Both the position numbers and the translations under genes were made by a program. DNA of 47,267 nucleotides from Azolla caroliniana (Eukaryota > Plantae > Polypodiophyta), in the NCBI GenBank assembly GCA_043228905.1, contig JBHGNT010000233.1:1-47267 (forward strand). The letters are read 5' to 3'. Under the pieces are notes generated by a model, which did not search any database, was not told the DNA's origin, and was given only the letters and a program-made list of their open reading frames with translations. Shown here piece by piece: positions 12,401-25,500 of the stretch. Each line of letters opens with the position of its first letter. Position 1 is the stretch's first letter.

Positions 12401-15400
12401 GGTAACAAGATCAGAACCAAAATTCTTCTTGGGAGAGGAAAATGTGTCACACACACGATCCTACACATACCTAGGAGTAACATTCAAAGGGCTTTGGTTC
12501 TCTTACAAGAGTGTTCCTGTGCTTCACTTTCTTGTGGATATGTAGCCTTTGGTGCTCTTGAAAGACAATGTGCACATTTGTAGTTCCAAGAGCCACAAAC
12601 TAAATTGTGGGGGATACACTTGTCATATCAACTCTTCTCTCTGGAGTAGAAACCCGAGGACCGAGTCTTAACAAGGCAAATAACTAGAAAGGTTTAGAGA
12701 GACCTTTTGTCTCAATGATTGCTTGCATGATAAGGAGCAAAGCATAGTTGCTCCATATATTATCTAGGCAGAGATGGGAGTTGTCACAATAATTATCGTG
12801 GCATTAATCCGATCAATGACTAGTATCCAAAGGCTTTGGGAACTCGCTAAACCAAGGTGGTTATGGTTGGCACTTATGTTGGTATGCTGAGAATAATGGT
12901 TCGAGTCTCATGGCATAAATATAAATGCACCACTCCCACTCCACTATAGCTTGGATTGTCCCCATCTAAACATGAGCAAAGTGGGAAAGGATAGAGTCAT
13001 CCAAACTAATATTATGACGTTGGAAAACAAAATAACATGGATCACCCCACAACATCGCTTAGTAAGAAGATGACGCACTATAAAACACACTTTTTATATA
13101 CACTTGAGGATGGATTCATCATCTGGCCCTCTTATATGGACATATATCTATCTTATGCATTACATGGTGTTATAGGCACCTATTAACTTCTTCACATCCG
13201 CTAGAGACTGAGGTAGGTAGATATGCACGAATACCTCTAGAAAAAAGAATTTGTCATTAAGGAGGGGAATATAAAGAAAATTATGTTTGTCATTGTACTA
13301 TTTTTAATGGAATAAAAGGGAGATATCATTGTCTCTTTAGGTAATGGAATATGAAAACTGTTGAGAATCAAGCTCAACTCGTGTGAACATGTACTTGTGA
13401 AGAAAAGCACAACGTGTGAAAAAGTGTGTGAGCACACTTTATTGTAATCCGTGTGAACTATCTAGTTACATGAAGAACTAGATTATGATATCTAGTTAGT
13501 TGTCAAGTGTAAATGTGGTCAAAGAATATAAGATATTCTTATGACAAAATCATACTTGAGTAGGTATCTATGAATAGATTCCAGCAACCACATTTAATGT
13601 GGCAGTCCCTTGAGAACTCATATATAAAACCCCTTTGGCCCATTGTGTTTAGTTGATGATCGTTAGTTAATTAATATAGTTTTCTCTTCAATGCATAAGT
13701 TGTCATCCCCCTAATGTGTATTTTAATAGTTCTGGTTATTTTCTCTGATTCCTTTTCTTGCTCATACACCCACTCTCACGCACGCGCTATGCTTCCGCAT
13801 ACTCCAACTCTATGAGAGTTAAAAATGCTTAGGGCTTTTCTTGCTAGAACACAAGAGACATAGGGAGAAGTTATTGAAGGACAACACAGCCACAAGCTCA
13901 TCAACAAACAACAATCACAACTTTCTATAGTCCCATCTCTCCTACTCATGCGGCAAGTCAATTAAAGACTACACAAAGAGAATAGCAATTAGTCATGCAT
14001 GTAAGCCCTAGCCTCATCGACCACGATCTCACCTCCCTTGTCACCAATAGATAAAGGCCATTATCTTTGGGCACTGTAGGTGCTTTCTTCACTTTGGAGA
14101 CCTCTCATTCTAGGTAGATCTATACTAGAGATCTTTCCAAGACAAACAATACAATTTATCTAGCTTAAGAATTCTACATTTATAGATGAAGAACGTTTTG
14201 AGTCACATCTTAATTTTATTTCTATGTAGTCTTTTGTGTAGTTATGTCTATTTTTGTTTTGTTTTCAAAGATGAGACACCACTTTAAGATGTAATCTCTT
14301 GTTTGGTCTTATAGGCCATTTTGGCCTCTTAAAAGATGTTGATGTGTCTTTCTCTTTCTTTATTTGTATGCTTCTATTTTTTCTTGAAAATATTCAACAA
14401 CAATGCTATGGTGAGTTTATAATATATATATATGACTATTGCTCATAGTATTGTTCATGTATTGAATTCCATTTACAGAAAACAGAAATTTTGATTCTCA
14501 GCGATATGTTATACGGATGCTGTTGAACAGTTTACCAGAGCGCAACTATAGAATCCTGAAGGATCTTTCTTTTCTGTTATTTAAGCTGTCATCGTTTGGT
14601 AATGATTGGGCACATGTTTTGAGGCTAGGGTCATTAATTGGGCCTTTAATTTTAAATAAAGAAAGATGTTATGATGTTTTTCACAGGTAATTTAATCAAA
14701 TCAAGAGTAAATAAATATCAGATCATTGATCATCCAGTACAATTTACATTAACTGACACGATATTTCTTCAATCTTTCTATAGATGGCTAACAATGGAAG
14801 AAGCTTCTACTCGCCTTCTAATATTCTTTGTCAAACAGTGGAGATATTTATTTGAGAGTGATCAACCCTCCTGTGAGTAGAGAGCGTAAGGCTTTGTCCA
14901 CAGAGTATATGTAAAGAATTTAGTGGATTCATGCCAAAAACTTGATCACAATTGCATAATTCTCCCTTTTCATCCCCAACAATTACATGTGGCATGTATT
15001 AAATTTTGCATGTGTTTCTCCACGATAACATGCATATTTATCTACCTATAGTTGTGGAATAAATAGGTTTAAAATCAAAGAGGCATGGATTACTTCACGA
15101 GATCCAGAAAAATCAACTAAGAGAGAAAGATGATTCTATATGTAGAAGCTGCGAGCCGTCTATAAATTTCTTTACGTGCCAAAGAAAGTTGATACAGACA
15201 AGGCTGAAATGTCACAAGAGCATCAAAAGATTTAAAATTGGCAGACTATGGCATGGAAACAGATGCAGTGAGAATGCAGGTTCTGAAAACACTCCAAATA
15301 CACAGATTATACGAAGTTTAAAGAGCTCTAATTCTCATCTTAAAAATAAAGTGATCTCCACCCAGAGCTACCTGAACATTAGGTTGATGAGGGATGAAAG

Positions 15401-18400
15401 GACAGTTGGCTTGTCATCATCTGACATGGAGCATATGAATATAATTCCATTGCACCGTAAGATTTTCAATGCAGATATTCACAAGTTCCTCTCATTGGAA
15501 AATGAAAGGAGATACTTGAACCAGAATTGCAAGAACAATTTGAAAAGTGGACCTACATTTAATCTTAGACTAAAGAAAAATATCAGGAATATATTGTGTA
15601 AAAGGAGGATTCTTTTGCTTGATAAAAAATGTTCTGTTTTTACCAGCATAGATAGTGGCAAAAATGGTGGTTCAGCTGCATCACATAGTGAAGCTCAACA
15701 GAAAGGTCATGGGAATCAATCTTTACAAACACCAATATGCCCATTGCCACTAACATTGCCATCACCTCCCCTTTCACCGTCACCGCCTGTCAAATCGTTG
15801 ATAGTGCAAACTGTTCCCCTTGTCACTTCTCCACCTACAGCACAGCTTTTATCAGATCCACATTTACATCCCTTACTACCGCAGAGTACACCTACTGCTA
15901 ACTTGCAGCCTAGCAATGCTTGTGTCTCCTCTCATCCACCTCCACCTCCACCGCCTTCGACATATCTATGCACACCACCACCTCCTCCACCACCTCCACC
16001 ACCTCCACCACCTCCACCACCGCCACGAGTACCGCCGCCGCCACCACCACCACCACCACCACCATTAAAAGCTGTCTTGAAGTCACCAATAACACCACCG
16101 CCACCAGCTCCACCTCATGCAATGCCAAAGAGGAATGACAATATAAAGGAATCAGATGCCAATCTGGAAGAGAATCCAGCAGATGCTAAAAAAGCTAAAA
16201 TGAAGCAGCTGAGTTGGAGCAAGATAAGTGTGCCATTAACACAAAAAACGGTTTGGAAGGAAGCAGCTGTTGAGTCAGCGAATAGCTGCATGGATTTCAA
16301 ACAGCTTGAAATGCTATTTTCTGCAAACACCTCAACTCCAAATGCAGAAGCTGGAAAGGTAGAAGAGCTCAGCTTCAATCCCACTTTAAATTGAATCAAT
16401 TTTGGTACTGACATGTGAATAGTAAACCAAACAATACTTAGGAGGGTCTTGGCTTTTCAACCAAAGACAAAGGATTCATTTATGACTGTTCAGTCCTAGA
16501 TATGGCACCCTTATTTTACATTACATGCCAGTCTTTTCACGATGAATAGAAAAATTCTTTCACTTGAACCCTCTATTCAGGAGGCTAGACCTATTATTGT
16601 CTTGAGGTTTGATATTGACATGTCGACAATAAATCAAACAATACTTAAGAAGATCTTGACTTTTCAACCAACAGATGGCTAATTCATATATGATTGTTGA
16701 GACCTAGTTATGGCAGTCTTATTTTATATTACGCTGGGAGTACAAAAATACTTTCACTTGTAACTTTTATTTAGTAAGCCAGGCCTATTATTGTGTTTTG
16801 AAGTTTGAACAACAAATACATAGTCTCCAAGTCTGTTGCTAGTCCATGTTGCTTTAGACTTAATCCCAAAGGCAAACCCCCAATCAAAACTCTCCAAATG
16901 AAGACCTTTGCTACAAGTGACAATTTAGAATATTAATTATGTTTTAAGATCTGCCACCATCCATGATCAAAGTTATGTATTTTCCATTCTTGTTCAGCCT
17001 TAGATGATAGCCATCGAAGAGACTCAATGGAGCAATGATGCAAGATATTAGTAGTGACTTGTAAAAATGGTGTCTTACCCAATAAACACCAATTAATCCA
17101 TGGTTGCGCTTCTGTTTGTAAAGGTAAAGGACCTTGCATCAATGCAATATTTTTTTGTAGTTGTTGCTAGCTAACCCCATAATTGGGGGGGATGTGTAAT
17201 AATTTCCATGCTCCAACAAACTTCAAAATCCTTTGAGATGGAGCAGAGCGCTTTTTGCCATGAGACAACCAAGTGTTGAACACATGAAGAGTAAGGAATC
17301 CTAAGAGAAATACATACGTTCAGTAATTGCTGCCATGAAGCCTTAATTGTTGTCCTCCTACAATAATACCTTTATGAAATTTGGTTTGACTAGATCAAGC
17401 TGTGCTTTTGAGAACATTGTAATTTGTACTTATAAAGTGGATACTCATATTTGGTGGGCTGTTATTATTTTTTCTTGGTTGATTTAATTACCAATGACCA
17501 TCTATCAATATTATCGCAATGGGATTGTTGAAATTTTGCATACAAGCTAATGCATGGTAGATTTTCTCTTGCTACATTTACAACCAAAATGACATACATT
17601 TCAACAACTTCCCATTTACTAGACTAGAGAATTGTATAGCAGTCATTCAATGGTCATACTTTTATACCAGTCTTTTAATGGACTTTTGCTCGATGATATG
17701 GTGAACATTGTCTATCCAGAATCACCTACATTGTCCCCCTTTTTTAATAAGGACTACCGCATTGCTGTCCCTTACTATCTGGCTATATTATCCACCCTGA
17801 ATATATTTGTATGGACATGACACATTCACACTTAACAATAACGTTTTGGAATGATATATACATATATATTTTAATATACTTTTGTATATATTTCTTCTGT
17901 ATTTATTTATCTATATATATAAATAAACTATTGGAGATTCTTTCAAATTTGTATCAGACCATATTAATGAAGAAGAAACCTCAAGGCATTCATGTTATTG
18001 ACACAAAGAGAGCACATAATGTAAGCATTCAATTGTCCAGCTTGCGTAGACCCTTCTCTGATCTTTGCAAAGCATTGAATGAAATTGATCAACGAGTTTT
18101 GACAAGTGAGACACTTCATGTACTCATGCGTACTTTGCCGACAAAGGAGGATATATGTCTGCTGAAAGAATTCAATGGTGATCCACAGCAATTGGCTGAA
18201 GTAGAAAAGTGAGAACCTTATAAATTAATAACACATGGCCTCTTGTATTCATTAAAATTGTGTAAGTAAAAGCTTCTTTTTGGTGAATAGGTATTCTGCT
18301 TAAATTACTAGATTTTCTAGTCATTTCAATGTTTTTAATCACTAAATCTTCCGATTGTATGTAAAATCAAGACAAAAACTTGTTCATCACTGCTAATGTG

Positions 18401-21089
18401 TCCTTGCTGGATAAGAGTGGCGGTGGTCAACCAGGTTCCACTAGGCATGATGTTGTACACCACATGTTGCGAGGCCTTCGTGAAAAGATCCTGTTAGTGC
18501 TGTTCCATGATATACTATTCAGCATGAAACTCAACACAAAGACTTTCAATGATTACATAGGCTTGGTTTTCTTTGATAGGAACTTGTACTAGTAGCATAG
18601 GCCAGATGTTCACCTATCTGATTAGGGGGATTCCTTACAACCTCCCCGGCCTTGATGTTGATAGCTTCAAGATATTCTTGAGGCAGCATGGATATGTTGC
18701 CCTCTTACAATATTAAATGATGATTCATGTATAATATATTATCTATCATTTCCACCATCATGTTATGGTGTATCTGGAGGAGTCCATGCCCTTTGCCAGA
18801 ATGCTGAGTCTATTACACATGTATTGCTGGCGATTTGGCATGAGCTCATGGCCACCCTGCAGTGGCCGTGGGATACACACACTGTTTCTTCCAGGAAATT
18901 AATAAAAGATGGCAAGCTTTCCTTGCAGCTGGTGGAAATTACAACTCTTCAAATATTCCCTTGGTGCTATGCATCCACACTGGTTTATAGTGCATATTAG
19001 TTTGAGAAGTTGAACTGTGCAGAGTTAGGATTTTAGGAAGGCCTAAGTGAAGAAGGTTATATGTTAGTGAAATCTGTAGATAATCAATAGATGATGCAAA
19101 TGACAAGAATGGTAAAACAGAACACATTCAATCTATATCAGTAGTGAAAAAGGATTTGACCTTATCAGTTTTCAGGCAGCTGCAATTCTGTGATAGTTAG
19201 CATTGGGATGGGCCCTTCAAAAAGGGCGAATATTTAACTTGGCACTTGGAGAAGGGGTGAATCTTGAAACTGAAACTTTTACTTCTTTTAAAATCATTAG
19301 TGCAATAATGTTTGCATGACGTAATTTGTTTTCTGTGCCGTCAATTTCATCTTACTAATAGATATTACTTGGAGATTATGCTTATCCCACGGGTGGAGAA
19401 ACGAATACGAGTCCTTTACTTCATGACTCAAAGCAGCAATTCCATCAACCAAGTATGTCATGATTTCTTTTAATGTAATTTTCTTTAGATTGGTGCAAAA
19501 TAAAGCAGAGTGACTGCATTTCCTTAAGCTTTGGAATAATGAGTTTAGTGTAGGCTTTATTAAGGGCTTGCCAAGAAATATGTTGACAACATTGAGTACC
19601 AATGTAGACTAGAACTATTTCCAGCAATGAGTTGCTGCCTTTGAGAGAAAATACATTTACTTGCATTCATGCTTCTATGTCTCTTTCATTTCCAGGTAAA
19701 GAAAGAGCTACTGCAATTACAGTATGGTTGTGACGAGCTTAAAGGTAGTAGGAAGTTTGTTAAGATTCTAGAGGCAGTTTTGGCGGTTGGAAACTACCTG
19801 AATGGTGATACTAGTAAAGGAGATGCAAAAGGCTTCAAGTTAGATGCATTACTAAAACTGGTGGAAGTTAAAGGATCTAATAAGCAGATGTCACTTCTGC
19901 ATTTTGTTGTAGCAGAGCTTCTGAAGGTGGATGGGCAGGTATGAAATGTTCTGTACATTGATTTTGATTCTTTTTGCGTCTTCCTTTGCACACATTCATA
20001 ATTTTGCAAAGTTTTAAACCAATAGCTTACCTCAGTATACTTCTTTGTTCAGATGCATGCTTGTTTGTTTTCCTTTGTTCTTTTCGCAATTGGGTTTTCT
20101 TTTAATTTCTTTGATTTTTTTTCTTTTGTCATCACTTTTTGTGCAGTTGTTTATCTTCAAAACTAGTCTTTCAAATGGTAAAAATTTCCTAGAGTTGTTT
20201 GAAGCTGCGTTCATGTGGACTGTTTGCCTTTCTTTTCTTTTCACAAGTATATGTATATAATATACTCTTTATGATGCAGATTCTCTACCTTAGAGATGAG
20301 CTGAAAACTATAAAAACTGCATCCAATTTGAAGCTTGAAAATATTATTGCAAGCATCCAAGAGTTGGAAGTTGGGTTAAAACTAACAAATCAGGAAATAG
20401 ACTTTGCAAGAGATGATGTCACTGACCTCTCGGTGTTCCGTTCTCAGTTTCTTGACTCATTGGTTCCATTCTACGAGGAATGCTTCTGTAATGTTGTTGA
20501 GCTCAAAGAGCTTCTGGATACAAGCCTAATGAAGCTCAAAAATGTATGTGAATATTTTGGAGAGAATGGTGATGACCAGCCACAGCGACAACTTGATTTG
20601 TTTAAGACCTTACAACAATTTTTAAATATGTTTGACCTCGTCAGTAAACAAATTCAAGATGGAAGACATTTCAAACATGAACCGAAGAATGATGCAACTC
20701 ATTCATCATATGATGTCCAAGACAATGATGGTAAAAGCTCATGTAGAGATAGAGTGATGGGATTGTATGGTAACAGAGTAAAAGTCAATACAAATCCTGC
20801 ACTAACCTCAACCATTATGGATCTAAGAAACGTGCATGGCTTCACCAAGGCTTGTGAAAACGAGGAGGAAAATCAATCTCAGGGGTCGTTTAAAGAAACT
20901 AACTCACATTCACCAAGGAAATCTGATGCTCCTTACCCTTCTACGAAAGAAATGAAATCACATTCACCAAGAAAATCCAATGTTCTTGTCTCTTCAACGA
21001 ATGAAATGATATCACATTCACCAAAAAAACTCGATATTCCTAACCCTTCAGTGTGTCATGGATATGACTCTGATTGGTCTACTTGTTGA
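9124..21089 (+). CDS. Class III-type formin (divergent RhoGAP-like domain, FH1 polyproline, FH2)
   Basis: Phase-consistent GT-AG exon model: 9124-9226 (start tentative), 9328-9408, 10263-10382, 14479-14686, 14784-14872, 15067-16358, 17958-18208, 19362-19452, 19696-19938, 20280-21089. RhoGAP motifs: VLILEKAIKVL..DCDGLFLV, CPYAIANIVLTHLKKLNGSLFTSSLY, LLNSLPERNYRILKDL, LGSLIGPLIL, LLIFFVKQWRYLF. FH1 poly-Pro at ~15935-16110. FH2 motifs: KQLSWSKI/TVWKE, RAHNVSIQL, YYLEIMLIPRVEKRI, AVGNYLNG, GFKLDALLKLVEVKG, SLLHFVV, YFGE. Confidence 0.9.
9417..9452. repeat. (CT)n microsatellite in formin intron 2
   Basis: Directly visible. Confidence 0.9.
9530..10200 (+). mobile_element. Degenerate 3' fragment of an RTE/RTEX-like LINE in formin intron 2
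   Basis: Similar by eye to 13200-14330 and to the reverse complement of 26225-26900 (GGAACACTATGTTTG, GAGACATAGAGAGAAGTTG, CTCAAAGATGAGACA...GATGTAAT). Confidence 0.65.
11761..12178 (-). mobile_element. Solo-LTR-like element, copy 1 (~420 bp)
   Basis: Reverse complement begins TGTTGAGAATCAAGCTCAACTCGTGTG and aligns end to end with 13359-13821. Confidence 0.6.
12330..14330 (+). mobile_element. 5'-truncated RTE/RTEX-like LINE in formin intron 3, interrupted by the 13359-13821 insertion
   Basis: SYTYLGVTF motif (12312-12545 ORF); sequence homologous to the minus-strand copy at 26225-27560; LINE sequence resumes collinearly after 13821. Confidence 0.8.
13359..13821 (+). mobile_element. Solo-LTR-like element, copy 2 (~460 bp), inserted in the LINE
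   Basis: Begins TGTTGAGA, has an internal TATATAAAA and ends GAGAGTTA; inverted relative to copy 1; splits the LINE between GGAATATGAAAAC and AATGCTTAGG. Confidence 0.6.
16408..16808. repeat. Old ~205-bp tandem duplication in formin intron 6
   Basis: TGACATGT...AAACAATACTTA...CTTTTCAACCAA...CTTTCACTTG...CCTATTATTGT occurs twice (from ~16408 and ~16615). Confidence 0.75.
16870..17420 (-). mobile_element. Possible highly degenerate L1-like LINE fragment
   Basis: Weak remnants resembling L1 post-RT motifs (LGIP, PPN-YGV/GGLG-like, PW..W). Low certainty. Confidence 0.35.
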
Positions 21090-22126
21090 GTTTTTGGGTG
21101 AAATTGTCACCCGTTTGTTTTATTTAATTATAATGGCAATATCTACGTGTAGGTAATTATCCTTAAGTGAATGCATTATTCTTTTGTTTATATGTAGGTA
21201 ATGTATGAAACCAATTTGCTGTGTTTTCCTCACCACCTCCCATCATGTCATGTTTGTCCATGGACGTCAATATATCATCACCTTTCTTTTTTTTTCTTGT
21301 ATTAGGCCTATTACCAAGTTTAAATTAAGTTATGAACTTTGGTTCAAATCTTACTTCATGTTCTGATTTACTCGATGCCACTATAGATTTTCTAGGTTGA
21401 GCACATGATCTTCTAGTCTTTGCTAGACAATCTTGCGAATTGAGATAGAATTGTTTGGCCTAATAAGCACAAGCAAGAATGTAAGATTTGACTTGTCAAT
21501 TCAAACAAAAGGTAAAGGTTCATGATGGATCAATACATCCTTTGACCTATTGAACAAGTGAGGGTGTACATATTTATTCATGTGTGAAGCAAGAATGCCA
21601 CACATGTCACCATTTTACACGTCAGAGTAATGTGCTAGGTATCCAAAACCTTATTTGCTAACCAAGCTCTATCCTTAACCAACTTATGGCACACATCATT
21701 AGTGTGCACCACAAATAATATTGATTTTTCAATACCAAAACACCAATCTTTCCATGGTTCCTCGACCACCAACTCTAGGGCAAGGAAGACTAGACAAGGC
21801 AATGCCAATATTGATTGGCAAATATGCCATATCCTTGTGATGTGTGAAATTTATTTCGGAGTGTTGGAAAGGCCATTATATTCCTATGTGATTTTAAGAT
21901 AGCATATTCCACAATTACCAAGCCCATCCTTGTTGTTTGATTGAATTGTGAGACCAAGCCTAGCCTTGCCATTCAATTCAAATGTGAGTTTAGACATTCT
22001 TTTCCATCTCAATGTAATAATATCCTTGAGATTGCCAACAACTTGGATACCAATGAATATTCTCTCTCTCATTTTACCCTAGTGATAAGTCGTTACACTA
22101 TTAATACTATGTCTTAGGTTCGAAAC

Positions 22127-22438
22127 CCAATTATCTCACCTCTTTATTACCCTGCACATACATATTCTCTTAATTTACTAGATGCCACTATAAAATGTAG
22201 GGGCTAAACCCATGACCTTCTAGTCTACATTGGGTAAGGTTTTACCCGAGTGGTAGGAATCAGCTATGGTTCGGTTTCAGCTCCAATTATCTCACCTCTT
22301 TATTACCCTGCACATACATATTCTCTTAATTTACTAGATGCCACTATAAAATGTAGGGGCTAAATCCATGACCTTCTAGTCTACATTGGGTAAGGTTTTA
22401 CCCTAGTGGTAGGAATCAGCTATGGTTCGGTTTCAGCT
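22127..22438. repeat. Near-identical 156-bp tandem duplication just upstream of the ApaG gene
   Basis: Units 22127-22282 and 22283-22438 differ at about 2 positions. Confidence 0.95.
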
Positions 22439-22594
22439 TAACCGGTTTTAAACCGGTTAAGCCTTAACCAGTTTGAGTGTTTTCAAGCTTGAACCGAACC
22501 GGTTTTCTAAACACACACACACACAGTCGGAACTATATCAAATGTGGAGCTGAAGAGAAAGCTTCTGACTGATTTCATGTGGGAAGCAACGCAA

Positions 22595-25500
22595 ATGGCT
22601 GCTTCCCTTCGATTCCTCAGTCATTCCTCTCGCCCTCAGCCTGATGCAAGAACCAGATCGCCCTGGAAACTCCTTTCTTCCCCCTCCCTTTGCCCTCCGA
22701 TCCTCCCCAGCAGCCGAAGCCTGTCTCTTCACCTGCCGCCTACTGGAAGCTCTAGGATTTCGGCCAGCTCCTCTGGGAAGCCAAGGCTCAACAGCGCCTC
22801 CTCTTTTGCAGAAGAGATGCTCCAACAACTCCACAGGCAAATGGAGATGGCAATCGCACAAGAGGTCAGATACGTTATTGCCATTTATTTACTTATTTTT
22901 GTTATATGCATTTGTTTTTCTTCTTATGCTTCAATTATATATGTTTTGTGTTAGAATAACCTTTATCTCTCATGTCCATATGCATGTATTACAATGATTC
23001 TCCCAATCTATACGTATATCTTAAGTCTCATCATTATCATCCTCTTCTTCTTCATTTCCATAGGCATATGCTAAATTTGATCTTGTTTCATGATCTACTT
23101 ATGCATGTGTTGAGTCTTATCTTCTTCTACTTCTTCATATCGAAGTTGAGCTTCCTCAGCATGTTCATGCGCAATCTCATCCCATTTTTCATATCCATAC
23201 GCACATCTTAACTCTAATGTTCTTCCTCGCGTTCATACACCTATCTTCTTTCATGTACGTATCGTCTTTTCATGTGTTAAATCCAGACTTTTTTTCCTAT
23301 ATGCATACACATTGGGAGGACGATAATGCTGCTATGTTACCTTTCAATGTCCATATGTGTGTTATGTTTTTGTTTTACTTATTCTTTTGGCAAGTAAAGG
23401 TGGTAGTGCTACAAGGTATATGAATGCTTTTGTGGCTGACAAATTGCCATCTTGATTCATTTTTGTTGTGACCAATTCAGATATTTTTTGTACACTTGAA
23501 TTTTCCAGCATAGAATTTTTTTGATTCAAGTATTTAAAGATCAGTTATTATCATTATTATATGAAAGTTTTGCTTTTAAGGAGGTAAAATGAATGTAGAA
23601 AGCTTGTACTATGCCTAGTCAATGGCTATCTTGTTGTAACACAGAAAATAAGATTTCAGGCAATCAAAGATCACATATGGACATCTTGTTCTTCTCACAT
23701 TTGTTTGTACCATTGATGTTCGACATATATTTACATTTGAGGAATGGAACTCATTCAGTTTCGAGTTTGTGGGAGAATTTCTGGTATAAAATATACTCTA
23801 TTAATGTGCCTTACTGTGATTTGTTTTTCTTCAGGATTATGCCAATGCTGCATCTACGCGTGATACCATCAATGCACTCTTGGAGCAAGATCCAGTGTTA
23901 AAGCTACAAACACTGATCAATAAAGCTGTGGAAGAGGAACGTTTTGAAGTATGTATCTATGTTAATCTTTTCTTCATCATTTTTGTGCTGAGTGACTAAA
24001 GTTCAAGATGTCACAAAGTACCAAAATTGCTTAGGTTTGAATCATATATATATATTAGACTACTACTTTGTATATAAGTAGGTATAGATTATTACTTTAT
24101 ATATGCTGTTCTTTTTTTCCTTATGGAGACCATTGGCTTGTCAATTTTCAGAATGCCACAAAGTACCTCATTTATTTAGATTTGATATATACATTATGTA
24201 GATTCAAACTGTGTGTGTATGTAACTTTATTTTATTTATGAAAAGTGCTGACTGGCCATAGTTCAGGATGCCACGGAGTATCGTAAGCAGTTAGAGGACA
24301 TGTTACCGAAATGTGTTTCTGATCCACGTTGTTACAGCGATACTATTACACATGTAACTTTTTCTTTCCTTTGTTCAATTCTTACTACAATCATGATTTA
24401 TTAGCTTAATTTTTAATCAATTTATCACCTTGAATTGTGTAAGGTATGTAAAAGAAATGTGTATTATTATATAGGAAAGGTAAAAAGTCATATAAATAAT
24501 TTGTGATAGCAGGGAATTCGAGTGGAAGTGAGGAGCATTTACATCAGTGAACGCAGCCAGCCCTTGAAAGGACAATACTTTTTTGCCTATAGAGTCCGCA
24601 TTAGTAACACTTGTGCTAGACCTGTACAGGTGTTAAGTAGGCATTGGTGTATCACAGATGCAAATGGTAGAACTGAACATGTCAGGTAAGGGGTTGAACT
24701 TGTATCATATTTCTAAATTAAATATTCTTCAAATAGTTGCAAATTGCACACAATTTGAATCTAACAAGATATTCATTATGTGCCAAGGAAAATATATTGC
24801 ATTATCTTGTGTAACAATGAACTGATCTTGTGGTATTTACAAAGGTCTTGGCAAATAGATTACAAAATTATTTGCCAAAGTTGATACACATAGCCCAATA
24901 TAATTTTCACCATACAACGTCCAACAGGGGCTTAACAAGGATGTGCTTGATGTTCAAATGGCCATGGATTATAGCTGATTTACTCATCATGAGTTGATTA
25001 TGGTGCAATTAAATTTGGCGAAAGTTTATGATCGTGCTAAGTGATCCTTTGTTTCAAGGTTAATGCATACAATGGACTTTGAACTGAAGGGAGCTGAGAG
25101 CAGATTAATGGCACCTCTGAACCAGACACACATACAGACATTGAGTGAGACAGCTGCAGAAGCAGAGGCAGAGATAGAGAGATGCTCAATAGTTCCTTCT
25201 TTTCGGTGTCTTCTCTTTAGGTTTATATATACATATGAAGGTTAAAGTGTGGCAAGGGTGTGTTCACACTTGTGCACTAATAAAAGGTATGGTGGCCCTT
25301 TATACTCAACAACCTCCCACCTAAAGGCAACTTGCTTCGAGAGGAGAAAGGATCAACTAAGTCTCCGTATGTGCAAAGCTGAAATACATATATCTATCTA
25401 ACTCCCAGCATTTGTTGAAAATGAGCAAACTGCTCTGCTGGAAGACTCTTTGTGAGAAGATCTGCTGGGTTATCACCTATATGCACTTTGACAAGCTCAA

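Noticed and set aside
11761-13821. One DNA transposon with ~450-bp TIRs carrying a LINE
   Set aside because: The LINE continues collinearly beyond the right-hand copy and no shared TSD flanks the pair, so separate insertions fit better.
15716-16414. His-rich, Thr-rich and Val-rich ORFs
   Set aside because: Alternative frames and strands of the (CCA/CCT/CCG)n FH1 polyproline tract.
21700-22075. Possible hAT dimerisation-domain remnant on the minus strand (ERIF... motif)
   Set aside because: Too degenerate to support without a database search.
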